A stretch of 20,000 nt of DNA from IMG/VR virus record IMGVR_UViG_3300005675_000019; one strand, 5' to 3'. This document shows, in pieces, positions 9,878-16,464 of the stretch (position 1 is its first letter; each line of letters opens with the position of its first letter). Both the position numbers and the translations under genes were made by a program. The notes beneath the pieces were generated by a model. It was not told where the DNA came from and made no database searches. It worked only from the letters and a program-made list of their open reading frames with translations. Origin of the DNA: an uncultured virus (IMG/VR IMGVR_UViG_3300005675_000019) (Duplodnaviria > Heunggongvirae > Uroviricota > Caudoviricetes).

Positions 9878-10185
9878 TGCCGCCCCTCGAACAGGCCCTT
9901 GTTGTAGCCCTCGAAGATGGCACGGGCTGCGGACGGGTAGTTGTCCAGCAGCATGTCCAGGGCGGCAGCATCGAACGGGACATCGACGCCTTCCCAGCCC
10001 TCGACCAGCTCCTGGAGCGCGTCCAGATCGGTGCGGGCGGTCTCGCCATCACCCAGGCTGTCGAAGAAAGCCTTGAGGGCCTTGCGCCCCTTGTGCTTGA
10101 ACACGAACGTGACTGTCGCATCGCCATCGGTGGTCGGGATGGCCACGGGTTGCTTGAAGGTGGGTTTCGGTTGCAGTACAAACAT
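9865..10185 (-). CDS. Tail assembly chaperone (gpG-like)
   Basis: 106 aa, MFVLQPKPTF...LVEGWEG...LLDNYP. GAGG Shine-Dalgarno 7 nt upstream. Follows the major tail protein and ends at a slippery site. Confidence 0.9.
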   Translation of the reverse strand: MFVLQPKPTFKQPVAIPTTDGDATVTFVFKHKGRKALKAFFDSLGDGETARTDLDALQELVEGWEGVDVPFDAAALDMLLDNYPSAARAIFEGYNKGLFEGRQKNS

Positions 10186-10190
10186 GGTAT

Positions 10191-10312
10191 CGCCTCATGT
10201 GATTGGTCCACCTCTAGGTTGGTGCCACTGACCTGTCCGCGAGGCGGGTACGGACACGGATCGCTCCGCTGGTCAGTGGGTTCTGGAGCCGCTAACTGCC
10301 TACAGCTAGCGG
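10191..10312 (-). promoter_or_regulatory. Putative structured cis-regulatory RNA between the major tail protein and chaperone genes
   Basis: Minus strand: a 10-bp hairpin (10312-10289), then a three-way junction with P1 CCACTGACC/GGTCAGTGG, P2 CGGA-GCGA-TCCG (GNRA loop) and P3 TGTCCG/CGGACA. The P3 loop contains CGCCTC, complementary to GAGGCG at the chaperone RBS. Confidence 0.65.
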
Positions 10313-10323
10313 TTATGTCAGGA

Positions 10324-10992
10324 TTACGTCGAGTAGCGCAGCGGCTCGGCGGCGTAGGACAGGCTGATCTGCGTCATCAGGGCCTCGTTCGTGGCCATGG
10401 TCGGCACCTTCAACAGCGACCAGTAGGCGTTCGCAGCCAGCTTCGAGCCATTTGGGAAGGTCATGAGCAGTCCGTAGGGAGCCCGCGCTTCGTCCGCCAC
10501 GCTCACGTCAGCGTACCAGGCCAGGGTCGGATCATCGAACACGTCGATGGTCATGTTGACCGCGTCCTTGATGGTCGGAATCTGGCGCTTGACCGTGTCC
10601 GTGATCGAGGTAATGTCGGCGAACTGCTGCGCACCACCGGAAGCGCTCACGCCCTTGACCTGCGACAGCACGGACCAGGCGGTGATCTTGCGGAAGGTAC
10701 CAGCACCCGCCGAAACACCACCAGCGTACTTGGTCGTGTCAGAGGTATCGACGCCTTCAAGGGTCATGGAGACACCAGCGGCGACCGCTGACACGCGGCA
10801 AACCCGTTGGTCAAGCAGGCCCCAGCCAGACGAGATGACGACATAATCACCAACGGTGGGAGGGGTAGCCGTACTGGCGACTGCCGGGTTGGCATTCGTG
10901 ATGGCGGTGATCGTGGTGCCAGCCAGGGTGAGGACGGGGGAGTAAGTTTTGGCCACAGCCACTGTGGCTCCGGTAGAAAGTGTGATGCTCAT
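10324..10992 (-). CDS. Major tail (tube) protein, Phage_tail_3-like
   Basis: 222 aa, ITAITNANPAV...SSGWGLL...LEGVDTSDT...SASGGAQQF...RQIPT pattern. Lies upstream of the chaperones and tape measure gene. Confidence 0.92.
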   Translation of the reverse strand: MSITLSTGATVAVAKTYSPVLTLAGTTITAITNANPAVASTATPPTVGDYVVISSGWGLLDQRVCRVSAVAAGVSMTLEGVDTSDTTKYAGGVSAGAGTFRKITAWSVLSQVKGVSASGGAQQFADITSITDTVKRQIPTIKDAVNMTIDVFDDPTLAWYADVSVADEARAPYGLLMTFPNGSKLAANAYWSLLKVPTMATNEALMTQISLSYAAEPLRYST

Positions 10993-11146
10993 GGAATATG
11001 CCCTTTCGGCTTCAAGCCAAATGATAGATAATCTTCGGCCTTAGTCGAAAACGATTTTGGGCCTACTGGAATTCTAGCGCTCTGGCATTTTCTCGCTTGG
11101 GCACGAGAGTTGAATGGTCCTCAGATGCGAACTGTGGTCCCACGAT

Positions 11147-11174
11147 ATGCTAAAATGCCGGGAAAGGAGATGCC
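11147..11174 (+). promoter_or_regulatory. Extended -10 promoter and RBS of the HTH gene (inverted copy of 14089-14116)
   Basis: TGcTAAAAT at 11148-11156 followed by GCCGGGAAAGGAGATGCC-ATG. No convincing -35. Confidence 0.55.
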
Positions 11175-11396
11175 ATGACGCCCGCCCCTACCCCGGAAAA
11201 TCTCGCCCTGATCATGGACGAATACAATCTGAATGTGAAGAAGACCGCAGGTCTGCTGCATGTTTCCACCAGGACAGTTAATCACTGGCGAAAAGGCGAC
11301 AGGGTTATGTCGCAAATGGCTTGGGACTGCCTTTTATTGAAACTTCAGAAACCAAAATCATTGACCATTATTGGTAATGACTGGCACATCCAGTAA
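11175..11396 (+). CDS. Small helix-turn-helix DNA-binding protein (Cro/XRE-like)
   Basis: 73 aa, with the HTH pattern LNVKKTAGLLHVSTRTVNHWRKG. AAGGAG RBS. Occupies the gap between tail terminator and major tail genes without overlapping either. Confidence 0.82.
   Translation: MTPAPTPENLALIMDEYNLNVKKTAGLLHVSTRTVNHWRKGDRVMSQMAWDCLLLKLQKPKSLTIIGNDWHIQ
11349..11380 (-). terminator. Possible weak intrinsic terminator for the neck operon
   Basis: Minus strand TCATTACCA-ATAA-TGGT(C)AATGA followed by TTTTGGTTT, starting 16 nt after the tail terminator stop. The stem is AT-rich, so support is weak. Confidence 0.3.
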
Positions 11397-11804
11397 TTAC
11401 TGGAAGAAGTAGAAAGGCACGATCAGGTCCTGGCTGGTCCAGCCGTTACGGCTTTGCTTCCGGCCAAACCTCGGGCAGTCCAGGTCCACGCCAGTCAGGC
11501 GCTGGTACTTCAGTAATTCACGCAGGTAGTTCAACTTGACTAGGGCGTCGCGTGTACCCTGGCCCTCCTTAGAGAACAACTGCAGGATCACTTCCCCATA
11601 GCTGGCTGTGTACGGGGCAAGGTCAATGCCCTGGCGGACGCTGTCTGTGAACTCGATCATCACCCGTAGAAAGCTGCTGCCCACAGCATCGAGATCGACC
11701 TTGACCGCGTTCTCATAGAACAGCTTGACGGTGGGGTAGGTCAGAGCCCACGCAGGGTTCAGGTAGGCCACGATGGCATCGCGGACTTGGACTTCAGTGG
11801 TCAT
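11397..11804 (-). CDS. Putative tail terminator protein
   Basis: 135 aa, YEN...FLRVMIEF...GEVILQLFSKEGQG...WTSQDLIVPF pattern. Last neck gene before the tube gene; ATGA coupling. Confidence 0.72.
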   Translation of the reverse strand: MTTEVQVRDAIVAYLNPAWALTYPTVKLFYENAVKVDLDAVGSSFLRVMIEFTDSVRQGIDLAPYTASYGEVILQLFSKEGQGTRDALVKLNYLRELLKYQRLTGVDLDCPRFGRKQSRNGWTSQDLIVPFYFFQ

Positions 11805-12328
11805 ACACCGAGACTCCTGAGAATGGTGAGCTGTGATCTGCCGATGCTGGCGAACCTGTGCTTCGTGAAATCTACGGCCCTGGACACGACATGGGATGAA
11901 CTTGGGTTGACTGATCGGAAGTCGATCTCGCCACGTTCAATCTTCCAAGCGTAGGGCTCATCATGCACTGCTGAGTTGGACAGGTAGATGTCGGTGCCAA
12001 GGGGCTGCGCCTTGGCCGCTGACAGCCGTGGCCAAGCCTTATTGAGGGCGTGCTCTATGGCCGGAGCATCCCCTTTCTCGTATGGGTCAACGACACCGGA
12101 CGAGATCATCTTGTGGGTCAGGAGTTTTGCAGGTCTCCAGATGTTGGGTGGGTTGTTGAATCCCACCTCCCACCCAGAGACAAAGTCACCAGTGAACTGC
12201 GGAGACTCCTCTAGGACTTGTTGCAGGGCGATCTCGGCAAGGCCCGCCGCCGCGTCCTGCGCGGCCCTCTCCACCGCCCCGAACCACGCCCCTACATCAG
12301 CGTCGAATTTCTCAAGCCCTTCGAGCAT
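11801..12328 (-). CDS. Putative tail completion / neck protein (HK97 gp10-like)
   Basis: 175 aa. SPQFTGDFVSGW and IYLSNS...PYAWKIE resemble the PVDTG...W and IxNNxPYAxxLE motifs. Synteny agrees. Confidence 0.68.
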   Translation of the reverse strand: MLEGLEKFDADVGAWFGAVERAAQDAAAGLAEIALQQVLEESPQFTGDFVSGWEVGFNNPPNIWRPAKLLTHKMISSGVVDPYEKGDAPAIEHALNKAWPRLSAAKAQPLGTDIYLSNSAVHDEPYAWKIERGEIDFRSVNPSSSHVVSRAVDFTKHRFASIGRSQLTILRSLGV

Positions 12329-13139
12329 GGCAGCTCCAGGTCAGGCCCTCATCCTGTGCGGAGAGGATGCGCCAGACGCCATCTGAGAGCGTCAGGGTGT
12401 CCGGTGGATCAGGGGTCACGGCCTTGAGCATCATCACGGTCAGGTCCCCGCGCTCGTACTGCTCTGTGGCCTTGCTCAGGTACTCGAAGTGCTCTGCCCA
12501 CTTGATGCGGAACACCTTGATAGCTGAGGGTGTGTCCACGTAGGTGTCCGTCAGCGGGGCATAGACGCGGGAGGTGAACGTCGCCATCTCAAAGTTCGGG
12601 GACTCGACCACATTGGCCAGCGACACTCGCAGCCCGGAGGTCGAGACATAGGACTCCTTGACCAGGTACCAGACCGAGTTGAGGTAGATCAGGGAGTCGG
12701 CAGGGGCAGACTCCGTGCCCGACAGAAAGACCTGGTACTGCGGTGGGTACTTCGAGGAGTCCTCAGCATCCGGCAGGTACTTGGCGAAGGCCAGCGCAGC
12801 GTAGGCGGTGCCCGGTGCAGTGCCAGCAAGCTCGTCAGCGATCGTTGTCAGGTTGGCAAGGCCGTCCGCGCCCTGGACAACGTAGTTGAGCCGGATGGTC
12901 TCATCATCCCAGAAATCTGGCGCTCCATGCCCGACGAGATAGGTCTGCCCATGAATGGTAACAACCCGTCTCGCCGGGATGGTAACGCTAGAAGCTGTAC
13001 TTATCTGGCGTTTCTTAACAGCTACACCGTCGATCTTGGAATACGCCAGGACCTCGAACTGACACTTGAAAGTAGTCGCACTATAGGCGTCAGTAGCTGT
13101 AGTTTTGTCGAAGCGTCTGGCTGCGTCCAGGAGTCTCAT
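12312..13139 (-). CDS. Putative head-closure (stopper-like) protein with three ~91-aa units
   Basis: 275 aa, beta-rich, in the neck cluster. Internal similarity between aa 45-69 and aa 136-160; the third unit has RVYAPLTDTY...DTLTLSDGVWRI, stopper-like. Confidence 0.55.
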   Translation of the reverse strand: MRLLDAARRFDKTTATDAYSATTFKCQFEVLAYSKIDGVAVKKRQISTASSVTIPARRVVTIHGQTYLVGHGAPDFWDDETIRLNYVVQGADGLANLTTIADELAGTAPGTAYAALAFAKYLPDAEDSSKYPPQYQVFLSGTESAPADSLIYLNSVWYLVKESYVSTSGLRVSLANVVESPNFEMATFTSRVYAPLTDTYVDTPSAIKVFRIKWAEHFEYLSKATEQYERGDLTVMMLKAVTPDPPDTLTLSDGVWRILSAQDEGLTWSCHARRA

Positions 13140-13603
13140 ACCTCCCCCGTTCTCATCATGTTAGCTAGCCTGACAGCCCTGCCCTTTACCTGTGATGCCC
13201 ATTTACTGTCTAACATACATTTAGCCGCCTCTTGGTATTCTCCTGCCTGCACACTTGATAAAGTGTCCTTAAATCTTTTGAGACCTTCAACACCAAGATT
13301 AAACGCCATATTGACTAGAACACTGCGTCTTGTGTCGTCAAGGGTAGACCACCAAGGTAGGCACCTGTCTAGCGACTCCATCGTCCTTGTAATATCATTA
13401 GTAAGGAGTAACTCAGCCTGCGCAGCAGTTATAGGTTTGCGTCTACCGTCGTGCCCTACCTTACGAAGTTCCTCAGTAGTAAGTGGGCATGAGTCAAGGT
13501 TCCTGCCAACTCCAATTGTCAAAAACCCCTTGGTGCAGCGGTAGGGAGCCAGCTTTAAGCCCTCATCCCTGATCAAATCCTGTCTGAGGCTGATCATGTC
13601 CAT
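13136..13603 (-). CDS. T4-type (GH24-like) lysozyme
   Basis: DEGLKLAPYRCTKGFLTIGVG gives E-X8-C-X5-T; also LVNMAFNLG and MLDSKWASQVKGRAVRL, as in T4 lysozyme-like proteins. Confidence 0.92.
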   Translation of the reverse strand: MDMISLRQDLIRDEGLKLAPYRCTKGFLTIGVGRNLDSCPLTTEELRKVGHDGRRKPITAAQAELLLTNDITRTMESLDRCLPWWSTLDDTRRSVLVNMAFNLGVEGLKRFKDTLSSVQAGEYQEAAKCMLDSKWASQVKGRAVRLANMMRTGEV

Positions 13604-13605
13604 CG

Positions 13606-14088
13606 TTATACGCCTGTCACCGGGTCCACGCTGGGAGACACGATCCCGAAGTACGACTTGGCCACGGTCGCTGTCGTGACCGCGCCAATGGCCCCGAACG
13701 CGGCTACCAGCCGGGTGCGGGCCTTCTCGTACTGCGCTGTCACCTGCGCAATCACGTCCCTGTAGGGGTTGTCGAAGCGGCTTATCTGAGCCTTCCCATC
13801 CGTCACCTGCTTGGCGGCGAACAACGGCATGGTGGCGGTCAACTGCTTGGCCACCGAGTAAGTGGCGAACAGGTTGCAGGCTGTAAGGAACCTTGCCTCA
13901 GCAGCAGTCTTCACTGGCAGGGCCTTCGTCGTTGTGTAGGTGGACTCAAGGGTCAGATCAATCTCCTCGAACTCCTGCGTGAGCGTGTCAGCGTACAGGT
14001 TCAGGTCCAGGACCACGTCCGGGATGTCTTCCTCGCTGACGCCCAGGGCAGCCCGCACGTCGTTGTAGGTGGTATAGGTCGTCAGCAT
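13606..14088 (-). CDS. Putative head-tail connector (adaptor) protein
   Basis: 160 aa, helical, N-terminal YTTYNDVRAALG. AAGGAG RBS. First minus-strand gene after the capsid gene. Confidence 0.65.
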   Translation of the reverse strand: MLTTYTTYNDVRAALGVSEEDIPDVVLDLNLYADTLTQEFEEIDLTLESTYTTTKALPVKTAAEARFLTACNLFATYSVAKQLTATMPLFAAKQVTDGKAQISRFDNPYRDVIAQVTAQYEKARTRLVAAFGAIGAVTTATVAKSYFGIVSPSVDPVTGV

Positions 14089-14116
14089 GGAAATCTCCTT
14101 CCCGGCATTTTACCAT
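14089..14116 (-). promoter_or_regulatory. Extended -10 promoter and RBS for the neck operon
   Basis: Minus strand TGgTAAAAT (14115-14107) then GCCGGGAAGGAGATTTCC-ATG. A promoter is expected here because a terminator follows the capsid gene. Confidence 0.6.
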
Positions 14117-14139
14117 GTTGTGACTGATGTTGGCTAAGG

Positions 14140-14168
14140 TTGACAGAACGGTGCGGTGTTGCTAGCAT
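14140..14168 (+). promoter_or_regulatory. Sigma70-type promoter for the RHH-endonuclease cassette
   Basis: TTGACA (14140-14145), 17-bp spacer, TGc-TAGCAT (-10 at 14163-14168). Palindrome TGCTAGCA (14160-14167) overlaps the -10. Confidence 0.72.
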
Positions 14169-14190
14169 AACAACTTTACTGGAGACCCGA

Positions 14191-14340
14191 ATGAAAACCG
14201 AGAAAATCTTCACCTTCCGCATCCCTGTTGAACTGCTCGATGCTGGCCACGCTCTGGCTGAAGCGCAGGACCTTACGTTGGCCCAACTCATGCGCCGCCT
14301 ACTGAAGGAGGCCGTGGCAAAGGAGGGGCAGCAATCGTGA
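14191..14340 (+). CDS. Ribbon-helix-helix (CopG/Arc-like) DNA-binding protein
   Basis: 49 aa from the ATG at 14191, with GGAG RBS. IFTFRIP alternating strand, helix VELLDAGHALAEAQD, helix TLAQLMRRLLKEAV. Confidence 0.78.
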   Translation: MKTEKIFTFRIPVELLDAGHALAEAQDLTLAQLMRRLLKEAVAKEGQQS

Positions 14341-15236
14341 CAGAGACCCTGCCCCAGTCCCCTCGGCGGGCAATGATCGAGTCCATGTCATTTTCAAAGC
14401 TGCCAGACTATCGTTTCATGGGCGTGTACTACATCCAGAACCGTACCTCAAACAAGTTCTATGTAGGGTCCAGCTTCGATGTCTACAGCCGGATAAAGTC
14501 CCATCTAAACCTGCTGCAGCGCAACTGCCACACAAACATCCACATGCAGAGGTCCTACAACAAACACGGACAAGACAAGTTTGCTTGGGGTATCTGTGAG
14601 GAGGTCTTTGACATTGACCAACTACTGGTAGTAGAGCAGGTGTGGATTGACGTCATGGGTGACTACAACATCTGTGCTGAGGCTGGCAGTACTAGAGGGT
14701 ACGTGGCTACGGAGGAGACTAGGGCTAAGTTAAGGGCCAAAAATGCTGGAGAGGGAAACCCAATGTACGGGACCAAGAGACCAGAAGTTGGTGAGGCTTT
14801 TAGGAAACTACACACTGGAAAGGTCTTATCTGAGGACCATAAGCGCAAGTGTAGTGAGGCTCTCAAAGGAAAGCGTGGCCCGTGGGACAACCCAGAAAGT
14901 GCAGCCAAGGTAATCGAGGCAGCGCGTATGGCCAATACTGGAAGGAAGCACTCAGAAGAAACACGAGCAAAAGTATCGGCTGCTGGTATTGGGCGGGTAG
15001 TTTCTGAGGAGACTAGGGAGAAGATGAGAGCTAATAAATTAGGCACTACACATACAGATGAAACAAAGGCCCTGCTCAGTAACATGAAAAAGGGAAAGAA
15101 GTTAAACTTGTCTGATGCTGAGAGGATTAGAAGGTCAGATCGAGCTAAGCTGATACGCAGCAAAATGACTGAGGAGCAGAAGAAGGCTATGGTTGAGAAA
15201 ATGCTAGAGACAAAACACCTAAAGATGTTTGGGTAG
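14337..15236 (+). CDS. Free-standing GIY-YIG homing endonuclease with NUMOD3 repeats
   Basis: GVYYIQN...FYVGSS...R...H...EQVWID...YN catalytic pattern. Repeats TEETRAKL, SEDHKRKCS, HSEETRAKVS, SEETREKM, HTDETKALLS. GTG start overlaps the RHH stop (GTGA), with AGGAGG upstream. Confidence 0.92.
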   Translation: MTETLPQSPRRAMIESMSFSKLPDYRFMGVYYIQNRTSNKFYVGSSFDVYSRIKSHLNLLQRNCHTNIHMQRSYNKHGQDKFAWGICEEVFDIDQLLVVEQVWIDVMGDYNICAEAGSTRGYVATEETRAKLRAKNAGEGNPMYGTKRPEVGEAFRKLHTGKVLSEDHKRKCSEALKGKRGPWDNPESAAKVIEAARMANTGRKHSEETRAKVSAAGIGRVVSEETREKMRANKLGTTHTDETKALLSNMKKGKKLNLSDAERIRRSDRAKLIRSKMTEEQKKAMVEKMLETKHLKMFG

Positions 15237-15240
15237 GCAC

Positions 15241-15268
15241 AAATAAAGCCCGGCACATGGCCGGGCTT
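15241..15268 (-). terminator. Intrinsic terminator after the major capsid gene (possibly bidirectional)
   Basis: Perfect 9-bp inverted repeat AAGCCCGGC-N5-GCCGGGCTT (15246-15268). The minus strand continues TTTATTT. Lies between convergent genes. Confidence 0.88.
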
Positions 15269-15286
15269 GTAGGGAGCCTGTATTAT

Positions 15287-16453
15287 TTACAGGACAAGGT
15301 TCAGTCTATGGAACGCACGGGTGTAGAATCGTGCGGCGACAGCTCCATAATCTATCCTGAACTTTGTCGACCGACGGGTAACGAACTGCTCAACGGACGA
15401 ATAGTTTGCTGTGCTCGACTCGTGCAGAACGATGGCGTTCGGCTTCGAGATGCCCAGGATCGTATTCGCCGGCCAGTTCGCATCGGTCACGATGTAGATC
15501 GGCAGGTTGGACGGCCACAGCGGGTCCATCACGACTTCGATGGTGTCCATACGCTGGCTGGTCTGGTTGTCCGTATTGGCAGTCGGGCGACCGGTACGGT
15601 TCTGGATGGCCAGGGCACCGTCGATGTCCGTGATCACGTGGGTGATCGGGGCACGCTTGCTGTGCTTGGCAATCCACTTGATCCAGGCCTTCTGCGTCAG
15701 GACGCCGGCAGCCGCGATGGAGCTGTCGATCGTGACCGCCTTCTCGACCTGATCACCAGACAGGGCAGCCATACCGTGGTCGGCGTCGCCGGCCATCATC
15801 GAGAGCAGCCAACCATCAGCACGCTCGGCGATGTCGTAGGTAGCCATGATCGACATGCACTTCTGGACTTCAGCGAAGCCGAAATAGTCCATGGCTTGGT
15901 CACTGATTTCCAGACCCGACGCGAAGATCGGGATCGTACCGGACTGTTCGCCAACCGTCAGCATGCCGATGGAGGTCGGTTCAGCCAACTGGGCGACAGG
16001 CTTGGAACGACTGTTGCGGGCCGGGTCATAGTTGAAGACCGGCTTCTCATATCGGTTGCCAGCAACCGACTGCGTGAACGCGACCAGGTTCATGAACTGG
16101 GCCAGGACACCCGAACGGTCCTCGTAGATGTCGTTCTGCACGCCGGCCAGGATGGCGGCGGGGGCGACAAAGCGGGAGATGCCAGTGCTGCCGGGCGCGG
16201 TACCAGCCGCCGACAGGCCACCGCCATCGAGGATGTCACGAATCTTGGCCGGCTTGATGCCAGACTTCAGATCAGCCGTGCGGTACAGGCCACACTGGGC
16301 AAAGAGCTGCTCGCTCGCCGTGGGCATGCCCTGGGGCGTGGGGAACTGGCTATTGAGAGCGCCGACAAAGCCCTGCTCGGACTTGTACAGGCCCATGTCC
16401 AGGGTAATCTCGTGCTGGCCGGTGCCATCTTGAAGTGTTGCTTTGAATTCCAT
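15287..16453 (-). CDS. Major capsid protein
   Basis: 388 aa with strongly biased codons and AAGGAG RBS. Follows the protease and decoration genes and is followed by a terminator. Call rests mainly on size and synteny. Confidence 0.82.
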   Translation of the reverse strand: MEFKATLQDGTGQHEITLDMGLYKSEQGFVGALNSQFPTPQGMPTASEQLFAQCGLYRTADLKSGIKPAKIRDILDGGGLSAAGTAPGSTGISRFVAPAAILAGVQNDIYEDRSGVLAQFMNLVAFTQSVAGNRYEKPVFNYDPARNSRSKPVAQLAEPTSIGMLTVGEQSGTIPIFASGLEISDQAMDYFGFAEVQKCMSIMATYDIAERADGWLLSMMAGDADHGMAALSGDQVEKAVTIDSSIAAAGVLTQKAWIKWIAKHSKRAPITHVITDIDGALAIQNRTGRPTANTDNQTSQRMDTIEVVMDPLWPSNLPIYIVTDANWPANTILGISKPNAIVLHESSTANYSSVEQFVTRRSTKFRIDYGAVAARFYTRAFHRLNLVL

Positions 16454-16464
16454 GCTGGCTCTCC

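Noticed and set aside
10225..10279. Hammerhead ribozyme or tRNA reading of the three-way junction
   Set aside because: CUGACCA does not match the CUGANGA core and lies in a stem, there is no GAAA after stem II, and there is no cloverleaf or T-loop.
10289..10312. Intrinsic terminator after the major tail gene
   Set aside because: A stem is present but no U tract follows on the minus strand; treated as part of the structured spacer.
9877..10791. 304-aa plus-strand ORF, plus other antisense ORFs over the tape measure, protease and tail-tip genes
   Set aside because: They overlap well-supported minus-strand genes and show no domain signal.
14140..14190. Longer 66-aa version of the RHH gene starting at TTG 14140
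   Set aside because: That TTG is the -35 box; the ATG at 14191 has a GGAG RBS.
14337..15236. Group I intron or intein hosting the endonuclease
   Set aside because: The gene is intergenic and antisense, has its own promoter, and both flanking genes look complete.
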